This document shows positions 1-12,300 of a stretch of 64,000 nucleotides of DNA, piece by piece; the stretch's first letter is position 1; every line of letters starts with the position of its first letter. The translations under genes were made by a program, and so were the position numbers. The notes below the pieces were generated by a model, which was not told where the DNA came from, ran no database searches, and saw only the letters and a list, made by a program, of their open reading frames with translations. Origin of the DNA: Hormiphora californensis (taxonomy: Eukaryota; Animalia; Ctenophora). Where the stretch lies: positions 2,914,001 through 2,978,000 of the forward strand of contig CM035356.1 of NCBI GenBank assembly GCA_020137815.1, written 5' to 3'.

Positions 1-1634
1 TGTAAACTTGTAAACTTGTAAACTTGTAATTATTATTACCTCTAAAATGTATACATTTGTTTGAGCTAAAAATACTCTTAATTTACACCAAACATTTGCG
101 ATTCCAAAGCACTGAGCATTCTTTTCTTCTTTAAGTCCCGATGTTGGCCGCCTTTCTGCTATTCTAAGCAGATTTTTATTTCGCTCGCCTGGGGAGCCTT
201 CCCAGCTTGTTTTTTCTTGATTCTTCTTTCTAAAAAACGTACCCCAGATAATAAATAAATATAACAATACACTCCCTCACTCACAAACCCCAGACCTAAC
301 CCTGACCCTTTGTTAGTCCTAGTGAGTGCTGACAAGTGCCACTCCAAACACCGAACGTTGGGTCAAAAGAAACACCTGTTTAAAAAATTTTTAAAGTGTG
401 ATTTCTAAAAAAATCACATTTCCTCAAAACTTTAAATCACGCGCCGCGCGGCGCCGCAACTGCATTGTAGTATTGCCATATTTCGCGCGTGCCATTTTAA
501 TAGACGCCGCGCTGCACGTTTTTATTCATTTCATTATTATATTTTTACCTTTTTTGCTTGTTTTTTGCTTTGATCATGTCAAGTTTTTGACTTGAGTCGC
601 CTGACACTTTGAAAAATGCTGCCTTGTCCTATCGGGGGCCAGCAACGTTTGCCAACCTGACACTGTGCTCCTGCACGTAACACATTTCTAGAATAAAAAA
701 CAATTAAATTCAATTTTTGACTTCAAAGTTTCTTTGATCATGGCGGTTTTGCTTGAAAAGGGTCAGCAGCGGCCAGCGTTTGCCAAGGGTTTTGCGTGCT
801 AAAAAGTGTTTAGGTGTAAAGCTATGAAAGCACGCTCGATCTCTGATTGATTAATCTTGTGAGTCTTCTTACTGTATGCCTGATGGACACTTTTTAAATG
901 TAACCTTACAAGTTACAAATGTAATACTTACAGCTTATCCAGCTTACTGAATGCAGAATTTTCAAATGAGCGTCTTGGGTAAAAGTATTTTGTTACACAT
1001 ATTCATTCCTGGTGTCTGGTATTTATGCCAGGCCATGTCTCCTAGTGGCAAAATGTAAAACGAATCCCAAACAACAGAATAATTTACTTGTATAAAACAT
1101 TATTTAAGTCTGACATTGAACTAAACAAACTTCAAATCTAAATAATTTAAAAATCAAGTCTCTCAATAGCTGAGCTTTATTATCGGATGCAGTTTAACTT
1201 ATTTAACTTCCTATCTCGCCCACCTCTGGGTGCTACACAGTCCTCCTTCTTTCTCTCTCTCCATTATTCTGTTGTATAAACACTTCTGTTCTCAACTGCT
1301 TGTTACATATGTCCTTTCTTGTCGTCTACTCGTTTGTGTTTCTTTAACCTGTGGAAAAATCAGTTAGTTTATATATATAGTTGTGATCTTATTGGTTTTG
1401 TTTCGACTTTTACTAGTCCGGATTTCACCTATTCGTCAACTTTTACATTTCAATCATGCACACACAACACACTATCAACTGTACTACAGTGTACATAGAA
1501 ATGTACACAGTGTATGTACGATTTCCTGCATGATTGAATTTCACACACTTAGTACTAGATGTATTAACTACATTGTAGTTTGAAAATGTTAGTTCGACAT
1601 GTTCTAAATTGTGATCCCTACCTATAATTCCTAC

Positions 1635-4245
1635 CTAATCGTGGTCCTTGATACAACAAAGACAGCAACTGAAAAGCAGACAGATCAACTGAAGGACGAA
1701 GGCAGACATCATAATTCCTGCAATTGCGTTCGTCCACTCATTCATAAAGTCCCTGATCTTCGATTGGCAACCCTGTGAAAGTTTTAATTAAGAATCCAGA
1801 ACCAAAAGTATGTGTGACGGAATTGTGTATCAGTTCTGTGTTCATTGTACCTGAGTGTAGAACTTTTGAGCTACCACCGTTTCGTTTTTAGTCAAGTCAA
1901 CGTTTTCCCCACAGTCTGCCTTCTCTTCCTTACAGCACGAGTCGGGCAGATACTGAAACACACATCCCAGATTATTCATTTGTCTGGTTAGTCCATAATT
2001 GAAAGTTGACAATACATCACGTTTCACACATGTTTGGAGAGCTATAAAAGTCCATAGAAAGTTCCTTTTGTATCTCATCCAATCTCCATGTTACTTACTA
2101 CTTTGTTATTGAGTGTTTCCGCCCAAGTGAAAGAAATACTGGCATTAGCCCAATCTTTGTATCCATATTGCCCACAACAGGACAGTCCCTGCTGGAAGAG
2201 ATCAACCGCGTCTGTGATTGTTGTGACACTGGTGTCATTCCCTCCATAGGCAAAGAACACATCTCCCACCGTCTCGTTTAGTTTCAGTTTCTCTTCCAGC
2301 TGTTCTGCTGTTCCGGTGTAGTAGAAGAGGAAGCCACCTCCGACACCCTCCGCGACAATCAGTAGGACCAGGAAAATGGAATGCTAAGAGGAGAGATGGG
2401 GGTGTGTTTAATCGCAAATAATCCTGTTGTTAATTGATTGATGAAAAGCAGCAACGGCGAAACACGCCAAGGAAACTTTATAACTATTTAATGGTCAAAT
2501 TCACTATCTAAGAGACTTGAGATACTACAATTTACCATGATAAGACATGCGGTGGTGCCCTGGACACATGCTCCACAGACACCAGTCACCCCTACAATCA
2601 GCAACATTAGTCCCAGACACAGAGTTCCAAATGTGATAAACATGGCCCTGTTAGGAGGTTAGTAAGTCAATAGAGGGATCTATAAATGTATTTATTATTT
2701 AATTCTAATTTAGACAGCATAATAAGTATCTTCTTCGATGAAAGGGATGTAGCTCAAGCGGCTACGTTTCCCAGCAGATCAACTATCATGTAACTTACGC
2801 TTGTCCGAAGATCTCTCTCATCTCACTGTAGTGGACGGCGGCGAACACACCAACCACTGTCATGACCAGGGCCAGTAACTGAAATATTATCAGCTGTTAG
2901 TTACAAAGGAAAAGAGCAAGTTTAGAGTAACAAGCTCTTCAAACCCGCAAGGTTCCTTTCTAGCCTGTTAGTTACATACCGCGCGGCCCAAAAAAAACTA
3001 AGGGTACGTTGGCCTTCTTTTCTCCCAGAAGTTTAATTTCGATCACTCTGATATTTTGTCACAATATTTGTATGGTTACTCATTCGAGGAATCCGGAGTT
3101 TCAAAACATAAAAGTGTGAAGTTCATGAATGAACCCAATTTCTCGTTTTTCGGGTTTTTCCACGTTTTCTCATGGTTAAATTCGATTTTATTCTTAAAAA
3201 TAGCAACCATGCATTAGAGTAAACAATAATAAATGGCAATCCGAGTTTTTATTAAAAATGAATCAAGTTTAGTTGGTGAAATAAATGATTAAAAAACGGT
3301 CATTTTTACCAAACATCGATTTTAACCCGTTTTGACAAGAAATTGGTAAATTCAGGCGCTAAAAATTCGTACGGCCATTACACTTGATCGATATTGATGT
3401 TAGCTAGAATTTCGGCTCTCTATCTAAAAATTCATTTTTATGACTGGAATGAATCCTAAATGAACTTGAAAACAAAAAAGGTATTCCAAACCGGAATTTC
3501 ACAGTCGCCTTTGGGTAACGATTTCCTTTCAAACGCGACTAATTTTAGCTCAATTGGACTACCACAAGAGACACAGTGGCCACTTTTCCGACACTAGGTC
3601 TGGTCAAGTGACCCCTATTGGACCGCTAGCGTCATTACTAAGTGCCAATAAGCAGGTGTAACGGTCGCGTATCACGTATCACATCTGCTAATTAGGACGG
3701 TATACCGATACAGCGTCCGTTAGAATGTAAGTTCTCTTGCTAACACGTCATAATTTGATGGGGATCACATGACCCAACCTAGGCTAGGTTAACTGGTCAC
3801 TGTGATTTTTGTGGTGATCCAATTAAGCTCAAACTGGTCGCGTTCGAAAGAAAATCGATAGCCAAACAAATTTGTAAAACTTTGGTACCAAAATATGGTC
3901 CCGTTTTGGCGTTCATTAAATGTTCATTCGGGCGGAAAAAATGAATTTTCATCCAGAGGGCTGAAACTCCGGATTCCTCGAATGAGTAACCATACAAATA
4001 TTGTGGCAAAATATCAGGGTGATAGAAATTAAATTTCTAGGAGAAAAGAAGGCCAACGTACCCTTAGTTTTTTTGGGCCGCGCGGTATTTGAGGCAGTAT
4101 GTTAAATTGTGCCCCTGGCTATACCTGAAGTGTACAATTACCCAGTCTCATAATATAATGATTCTCCACACGGAGCTCTACTCACGGTGATCAAGAAGTT
4201 CACCACAAAGAGGATGAGCCTCATAATGGCTGTTCCGCAACCCAT
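1635..4245 (-). CDS. Tetraspanin, 6 coding exons (4186-4245, 2799-2878, 2536-2647, 2099-2383, 1851-1952, 1635-1772)
   Basis: GT-AG exons splice in frame to give MGCGTAIMRLILFVVNFLIT / LLALVMTVVGVF / GVTGVCGACVQG / FQQGLSCCG / LPDSCC / GCQSKI..LQLICLLFSCCLCC. Four hydrophobic segments plus the CCG, PxSCC and GC motifs of the tetraspanin large extracellular loop. Confidence 0.93.
2979..4085. mobile_element. Non-autonomous TIR DNA transposon (TA TSD, Tc1/mariner-like) in tetraspanin intron 1
   Basis: ~125-bp near-identical inverted repeats (CCGCGCGGCCCAAAAAAAACTAAGGGTACG... at 2979-3103 and 3963-4085) flanked by TA on both sides; no transposase ORF. Confidence 0.85.
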
Positions 4246-4740
4246 ATCTCTATCTTAATGTATCTATCTGTTTTTAGTTCTTAGTGTATCTCTGTTTTCT
4301 TATCTCTATCTTAGTAATCTCTGTTTTTCTTGAGACACGTCTATCTTAGTATTCTCTGTTTTCTTCAAAAATTGGTTCTTGAGACACGTTGTGTAGTTGA
4401 CTCTCTGTAAAGTGTGTTCCGACGCTCCAACTGAGCGTGTTGTGTGTATAGATTTGCAGGAAACGCAACGTATAGAAACAAAATAGGGGCAAATTCTTGT
4501 TATAAGGTAACAAGGGGGGTCTGAAAATAGAGGTAGTCACGTGACCCCCATTACCATGGTAACAGGAAGTCACGTGGTGGGAATACTGCTTCCTGATTGG
4601 CTGGCCACTGGATGGAAATTGTGTCAGCCAATCTGAAAAGAGGGAGGGTATCATGCTTGTATAGATAATAAATCAGGGATAAAAATTTAACAGCTGCTGA
4701 GCTTCTTACCAATTATAGTCCCCCTGATATAGGATCAGAC
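4246..4740. promoter_or_regulatory. Divergent promoter region between tetraspanin and Amt
   Basis: ATGs ~495 bp apart, head to head. Contains GTCACGTGAC (4536-4545), GGAAGTCACGTG (~4565-4576), TTACCATGGTAAC (~4551-4563) and two oppositely oriented CCAAT boxes (~4596, ~4628). Confidence 0.6.
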
Positions 4741-4921
4741 ATGTCGGGGGAGATCATATCTCTTGTGATAGATGGGCAGGAGCAAGATCTCAGCTGGATT
4801 GAACTGGCTGAACGGTTGAACAGAACCGGTCACGTTACCGCTGCTTCTGAGAATTGGCTGGTTGTGCGTGCGGTTCAGGTAACCAACAATTAGACAGACA
4901 GACAGACATACAGACAGACAT

Positions 4922-5019
<98 letters not shown>

Positions 5020-5028
5020 TGACTGACT

Positions 5029-5092
<64 letters not shown>

Positions 5093-8000
5093 TGTCATTC
5101 AATCTGATATATCAACTCTCTCTGTGTTTCAGATATTCCTAGTTCAGATAGGAATGTTGATGTTGGAAATAGGCTCTGTCAGCGCTAAGAATACCAAATC
5201 CATGATTATTAAGAACATTACCAATGCAAGCGTTGCTGCCATCTGTTTTTATCTACTAGGGTAAGTGTAGACATTGTTACTCAACAACCGTTACATTGGT
5301 TACCATGGTAACCTAGATAAGGAGAGTGTTTCGCCGGAAAATTCACCAATTGTGCGGATTGTTTAGAACACCTGATATACCGTACCGTATGCACTATGCA
5401 GGTATGGGTTCAGTTTCGGGGACCAGGGAGACGAGTTCATTGGATGGGGTGGATTTGCGACAAAGGGAGAGATGTTTAATGTTAACCAGAGTTACCATCT
5501 TGCTCACATGTTCTACAACTTTTGCCTTCTCAACCTAGTTCCCACTATTGCCTCAGGTAAGTAGACCCATATCTGATGCTTCGTTAATCGTTACGAAGTC
5601 GACCCTAATACGTTATGTGCTCGCGTGTTGAGGGGTAATTTTGCTACCAATATGATGCCGTGTATTTGGAAGTTTCCCTGAACACAATATATTTCCATTG
5701 TAACACATTCTAACAGTAGCTAAAGTCGAATTTTTTAATCAAGGGACAGGGGCCGCGCATTCAGAGGGGTCGCGCGGCTTTGTATTTGCGGTGATAATCG
5801 AGATCAAGTTCCTGGCAATCTTAAGACTTGAACCCGGAAGCGTTGGAAAGATAATTTTAAGACCTTTTCAACGCAACCAAGACCAAGTCTTTATCTTATC
5901 AGGAACAGGAGATATGAGCGAAGATGTTTAGCACGCGCAAAAAGACTTTTGTAAATGTGCGGCCCCTGTCCCTTGATTAAAAAATTCGACTATAATATTC
6001 TGCAGGTTCACTAAGTGAGAGAACCAATGTCGTTGCATATTTTGTCCTGACCCTGTTTATATCGACCCTGGTGACTCCCATCCAAATGCACTGGATATGG
6101 AGTAAGGAAGGGTGGGCAAGCTACCAGACTAGATATCTCCTCGATACGGGGGCTCTTGATTATGCAGGTATTATTATAGCCTATAATTTATAGGCAATGA
6201 TGTTTTCAAATTTAAAATATCATTCACCCGAAATGTTATCACTGCAACGATCTATAACAGTTCATTAGATCGGCACCTTGTGCCCCGAATTTCCCGTCCT
6301 AATAATCCCCTCCTAGGATCCTGTGTGATACATGTGAGTGGTGGAGTGATGGCCCTTATTGGCGCCATTGTAGTTGGTCCCCGGAAAGGACGGTTCGAGG
6401 GAGAAAGTAAGTTTTCAGAATACAATTGTTTGTTTTTTATTTTCAATTAAACTCCTAATTTTTTACCTATACCGTGAAATATCCATTTTCCCTTTACAGA
6501 AGCGAGCATCAGAATGCCATTGCAAAATGTGACCTACTCTGCGCTTGGGGCGTTTTTCATTTGGTCAGGATTCTATGGCATCAATATGGGGGCTCTCCTA
6601 ACATTCCAAGGTAATCATGCCTCATTGTAACCAAGGTAACCAATATCATGGTAACCAATGTAACGGTGATCGTGATAACCAAAGTAACGATTATCATGGT
6701 AACCAAACAGTAACCATTGTCATGATAACATTTTGCAAACAAGTATTGCCATTGTTTAAAGTGTGGTCCATGGCTGATAGTAACAGTTCAACAATGCTAC
6801 AGGTGATACGGCAGGACCTCTCGGCAGGATTGCAGTTAACACAACAATCAGCGCCACAGCCGCCTCCCTCGTCGTCACCATCCTAGGTAGGGAATAACAC
6901 CATATATGGGCATCACGTGATACACAACACTATATATGGGCATCACGTGATATAAAACACCATATATGGGCATCAGGTGATACACACCGTATATAGCAGG
7001 CATCCACAACAAACAGAAACCTCCCTAGCACGGATCAAGGAAGGCACAATTGAACCGTATAGCATTGTGAATGGTATCTGTACCGGTTTGGTAGGAAGTA
7101 GCGCTGGGTGTGCTACCATGACAACAGAGGGAGCCCTAGCAACAGGAATTCTAGCTGGTATCTTCTATTTTGGTATCTCACGACTTTTATGTCAAGGTAA
7201 ATTTTGAAACTTGCCATTTATCAGCCAATTTTGGGCTCTTTGGAAAGAAGATCAGTATAGATCGAGCTCTTCCCAAAAACTCGAACTATAATAGAGTTCT
7301 TTGACTTGATTTTCAAATACTATTTACTACCCAATGACATGTTAAATATACACCTTTCTGACCCTGCAGTACGTGTGGATGATGTCTCCGACGTGTCTCC
7401 CATTCATATTGGAGGAGGGCTTGCTGGGATTCTGACCGCTGCTGTCTTCACTACAACGGAAACATACGCTCTTGCAGGTGATATATGGTGATCAATAAAG
7501 TCGGATTTTTTGAAGTTGTTCCTTTTCTAAGCTTCCATATAATTGACCTACCTTCTACGTTACAGTGTTAGATTCGGGTGACAACACACCCTGTGGACTA
7601 CTCTACACTTGTAATGGACTGGGGTGGAGACTATTCTTTGCAAACCTTGCATTCCTAGTCACTGTTGTCGGTTAGTATTAAAAGAGATCCCCTTTTATTG
7701 TTTCATATAAGTCATAAGACTGTCCACTCTGCACCGGGCCGAAGGCTATGTGAGGCAGTGTGTGCGATGTTATAGTCAGAACCTGACAACTCCTTCAATG
7801 CTCATATTAAGAGTCATAATGTTAGCAGCTTGATTGGCACATTTCCAAGTTTTCACCCACTCACTGGTTGCTATGATACCACTCACTGGTTGCTATGATA
7901 CCACTCACTGGTTGCTATGATACCACTCACTGGTTGCTATGATACCAAATACTATTTCAGCGTGGTCGACACTAGCGGGACTGGGGATATTCCTGCCCCT

Positions 8001-8112
8001 CAGCGTTATGGGTTTACTGCGAGTTGATAAGATGACTGAGGATGTCGGCCTGGACTTTTTTACCATTACTGCCGTGGAAACTATTGACCAGTTCTCAAAA
8101 CGGAAACTTTGA
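4741..8112 (+). CDS. amt: Ammonium transporter (Amt family), 11 exons, 466 aa
   Basis: Exons 4741-4878, 5133-5260, 5402-5556, 6006-6167, 6317-6406, 6500-6610, 6803-6886, 7029-7196, 7370-7477, 7566-7670, 7961-8112 sum to 1401 nt in frame. Motifs: [76 protein letters not shown]. Confidence 0.95.
4892..5089 (+). repeat. (GACA)n microsatellite in Amt intron 1
   Basis: Direct reading. Confidence 0.97.
5723..5992. mobile_element. MITE with ~38-bp TIRs and TA flanks in Amt intron 3
   Basis: AGTCGAATTTTTTAATCAAGGGACAGGGGCCGC at the left end and its reverse complement at ~5959-5991; TA on both sides. Confidence 0.8.
6893..6992. repeat. ~31-bp minisatellite x3 (CATATATGGGCATCACGTGATACACAACAC) in an Amt intron
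   Basis: Direct reading. Confidence 0.85.
7858..7946. repeat. 22-bp minisatellite x4 (CCACTCACTGGTTGCTATGATA) in the last Amt intron
   Basis: Direct reading. Confidence 0.92.
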
Positions 8113-8662
8113 TTGTTAATTTAATATATTCTATTACAATGAAGCCCTAAATCGAAACTTTGCCTCGACACGGGCCCAGAGAAGTTGAGTTTTCAGACTT
8201 TTCTACTTTTCTACTTGATCAAGCTTGATTTAGACAATTTAATTTATTGATGCAAAGTTAAGAGACAACTTTGTTTTACTCGATGAGCACGTCTTAAGCA
8301 CGTGTGTAACCGCTCAGATGACCTCTCGAAGTGTCAGTTCTGCTGCCCTGTGAGACAAGGGCGGAATACACATCGCATAACATATAGGGGTCCTAATGAA
8401 TTAAATTATTTTCATGAACTTCTCTTTTCAATCACCGTGTTTGAAATCGGTAGGCAATGGCTGAAGTAGTGATTGCTGTTTCTTGCTTCCCTTAAATATT
8501 AACAGATCACTCTTCGATTTCTCCTCCTACTTCAGCTATTGCCAAACTTCTCTCAATTCCCAAAAAGCACTAAATAAGTGTGCCCTGACAAATCAAAACA
8601 CTCTAAATGCAGGCAATAAAACATTTCAAATCTGAATCACACTACATCAAGCTTGTACATAT

Positions 8663-9300
8663 CTAATAAACAGATCTAATTAGCCGTCTTAGAAGACTCT
8701 CTCGCATGCTTGGTGGTTCGGTAAGGCTGTGGTCCTCTTTACATGGCTCACAACTACACGTTTCAATATCGTCATAGAGAACTTGCTTCATTGATCCATC
8801 CTCGCACTTAACCTGGGGAAAGAAATTAGTGAATCACGTGGCACCTAGAACTATCAGTTAATGCAATACCAACGACATCAAGATACAGAGAAACGAGGCT
8901 TTCCAAAGGATTCAAAGGGTTCAATTAGTGTTTCTGCATCGGTAAAATAGGTAAAATACGAGAAGATCTGATTACCTGTACCGGTCGTGTGGTGACGGTG
9001 GGTTGACAGCACTTGCACTGGCTTTGTACCTGTAACAATTCATTGTACTAAAATGAGATAGTAGATATGGAGCAATTAGAAAATTAACTACTCTAAATAC
9101 TTAAATCACAATTCATAAATCTATGGACTCTATCTCATACAAAATACATCAAAACATACCTTTCCATCGACAATGAATGATGAAGAACGGCAGTTCCCAG
9201 TGCAGGAAGTGGTGATATTAATTGGTTCAGGGCTCACACACCCCTCCACCTCATAGTACTTCTCCTCGACCACTCCCTGACATGGTATACACTCCTCCAC
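8663..9300 (-). other. C-terminal cystine knot (CTCK) of the mucin (exons 8663-8812, 8976-9029 and the 3' end of the giant exon)
   Basis: [34 protein letters not shown] / [18 protein letters not shown] / [24 protein letters not shown] matches the VWF/mucin CTCK cysteine pattern. Confidence 0.9.
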
Positions 9301-12300
9301 GGGTGTGGTGGATGGAGTGGTTGTGCTAGTGGTAAAGGGTGAGGTGACAGTTCTTTCTTTTTGTGAAGTTGAAGAGGGTGTGTTGGTTGTGGTTGATGGA
9401 GTGGTTGTGCTAGTGGTAGTTGATGGAGTGGTTGTGCTAGTGGTGGTTGATGGCGTTTCTGTGACTGGTGAAGTCGTAGTTGATGGAGTAGTAGTGCTGG
9501 TAGTGGTTGATGGAGTGGTAGTGCTAGTAGTGGTTGATGGAGTGGTTGTGCTAGTGGTGGTTGATGGAGTTTCTGTGACTGGTGAAGTAGTGGTTGATGG
9601 AGTGGTTGTGCTAGTGGTAGTTGATGGAGTGGTCGTGCTAGTAGTGGTTGATGGGGTTTCTGTGACTTGTGAAGTAGTGGTTGATGGAGTGGTTGTGCTG
9701 GTAGTGGTTGATGGAGTGGTTGTGCTGGTAGTGGTTGATGGAGTGGTAGTGCTAGTAGTGGTTGATGGAGTGGTTGTGCTATTGGTGGTTGATGGAGTTT
9801 CTGTGACTGGTGAAGTAGTGGTTGATGGAGTGGTCGTGCTAGTAGTGGTTGATGGGGTTTCTGTGACTGGTGAAGTAGTGGTTGATGGAGTGGTTGTGCT
9901 GGTAGTGGTTGATGGAGTGGTTGTGCTGGTAGTGGTTGATGGAGTGGTTGTGCTGGTAGTGGTTGATGGAGTGGTTGTGCTGGTAGTGGTTGATGGAGTG
10001 GTAGTGCTAGTGGTGGTTGATGGGGTTTCTGTGACTGGTGAAGTAGTGGTTGATGGAGTGGTTGTGCTGGTAGTGGTTGATGGAGTGGTTGTGCTGGTAG
10101 TGGTTGATGGAGTGGTTGTGCTGGTAGTGGTTGATGGAGTGGTTGTGCTGGTAGTGGTTGATGGAGTGGTAGTGCTAGTGGTGGTTGATGGAGTGGTTGT
10201 GCTGGAAGTGGTTGATGGAGTGGTAGTGCTAGTGGTAGTTGATGGGGTTTCTGTGACAGGTGAAGTAGTGGTTGATGGAGTGGTTGTGCTGGTAGTGGTT
10301 GATGGAGTGGTAGTGCTAGTGGTGGTTGATGGGGTTTCTGTAACTGGTGAAGTAGTGGTTGATGGAGTGGTTGTACTGGTAGTGGTTGATGGAGTGGTAG
10401 TGCTAGTGGTGGTTGATGGAGTGGTTGTGCTAAATGTGGTTGTTACACCTTCGTTTGAACTTGTTGATGGAGTGGTAGTACTAGTGGTTGTTGATGGTGT
10501 GGTTGTGCTAGTAGTGGTTGATGGAGTGGTTGTGCTACTAGTGGTTGATGGAGTTTCTGTGACTGGTGAAGTAGTGGTTGATGGAGTGGTTGTGCTAGTG
10601 GTAGTTGATGGAGTGGTTGTGCTAGTGGTGGTTGATGGAGTGGTAGTGCTAGTGGTGGTTGATGGAGTGGTAGTGCTAGTAGTGGTTGATGGGGTTTCTG
10701 TGACTGGTGAAGTAGTGGTTGATGGAGTGGTTGTGCTAGTGGTTGTTGATGGAGTGGTTGTGCTGGTGGTGGTTGATGGAGTGGTAGTGCTAGTAGTGGT
10801 TGATGGAGTTTCTGTGACTGGTGAAGTAGTGGTAGATGGAGTGGTAATGCTAGTGGTGGTTGATTGAGTGGTAGTGCTAGTGGTGGTTGATGGAGTAGTA
10901 GTGCTGGTAGTGGTTGATGGAGTGGTAGTGCTAGTGGTGGTTGATGGGGTTTCTGTGACTGGTGAAGTAGTGGTTGATGGAGTGGTTGTGCTAGTGGTGG
11001 TTGATGGAGTGGTTGTGCTAGTAGTGGTTGATGGAGTGGTTATGACTGGTGAAGTAGTGGTTGATGGAGTGATTGTGCTAGTGGTGGTTGATGGAGTGGT
11101 AGTGCTAGTGGTGGTTGATGGAGTAGTAGTGCTGGTAGTGGTTGATGGAGTGGTAGTGCTAGTGGTGGTTGATGGGGTTTCTGTGACTGGTGAAGTAGTG
11201 GTTGATGGAGTGGTTGTGCTAGTGGTGGTTGATGGAGTGGTTGTGCTAGTAGTGGTTGATGGAGTGGTTATGACTGGTGAAGTAGTGGTTGATGGAGTGG
11301 TTGTGCTAGTGGTTGTTGATGGAGTGGTAGTGCTAGTAGTGGTTGATGGAGTTTCTGTGACTGGTGAAGTAGTGGTTGATGGAGTGGTTGTGCTAGTGGT
11401 GGTTGATGGAGTGGTAGTGCTAGTAGTGGTTGATGGAGTGGTAGTGCTAGTGGTGGTTGATGGAGTAGTAGTGCTGGTGGTGGTTGATGGAATGGTTGTG
11501 CTGGTGGTGGTTGATGGAGTGGTAGTGCTAGTGGTGGTTGATGGGGTTTCTGTGACAGGTGAAGTAGTGGTTGATGGAGTGGTTGTGCTAGTAGTGGTTG
11601 ATGGAGTGGTTGTACTAGTGGTGGTTGATGGAGTGGTAGTGCTAGTAGTGGTTGATGGAGTTTCTGTGACTGGTGAAGTAGTGGTTGATGGTGTGGTTGT
11701 GCTGGTAGTGGTTGATGGAGTGGTTGTGCTAGTAGTGGTTGATGGAGTTTCTGTGCCTGGTGAAGTAGTGGTTGATGGAGTGGTAGTGCTAGTGGTGGTT
11801 GATGGAGTGGTAGTGCTAGTGGTGGTTAATGGGGTTTCTGTGACTGGTGAAGTAGTGGTTGATGGAGTGGTTGTGCTGGTAGTGGTTGATGGAGTGGTAG
11901 TGCTAGTGGTGGTTGATGGAGTGGTTGTGCTAGTGGTAGTTGATGGGGTTTCTGTAACTGGTGAAGTAGTGGTTGATGGAGTGGTAGTGCTGGTAGTGGT
12001 TGATGGAGTGGTTGTGCTAGTAGTGGTTGATGGAGTGGTAGTGCTAGTGGTGGTTGATGGTGTGGTTGTGCTAGTGGTGGTTGATGGAGTGGTAGTGCTA
12101 GTGGTGGTTGATGGGGTTTCTGTGACAGGTGAAGTAGTGGTTGATGGAGTGATTGTGCTGGTAGTGGTTGATGGAGTTTCTGTGACTGGTGAAGTAGTGG
12201 TTGATGGAGTGGTTGTGCTAGTAGTGGTTGATGGAGTGGTAGTGCTAGTGGTGGTTGATGGGGTTTCTGTGACTGGTGAAGTAGTGGTTGATGGAGTTGT

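Noticed and set aside
1-960. Possible transposon fragment or gene at the window start
   Set aside because: Only short ORFs without motifs and an 8-bp tandem repeat; no ends or TSD could be defined.
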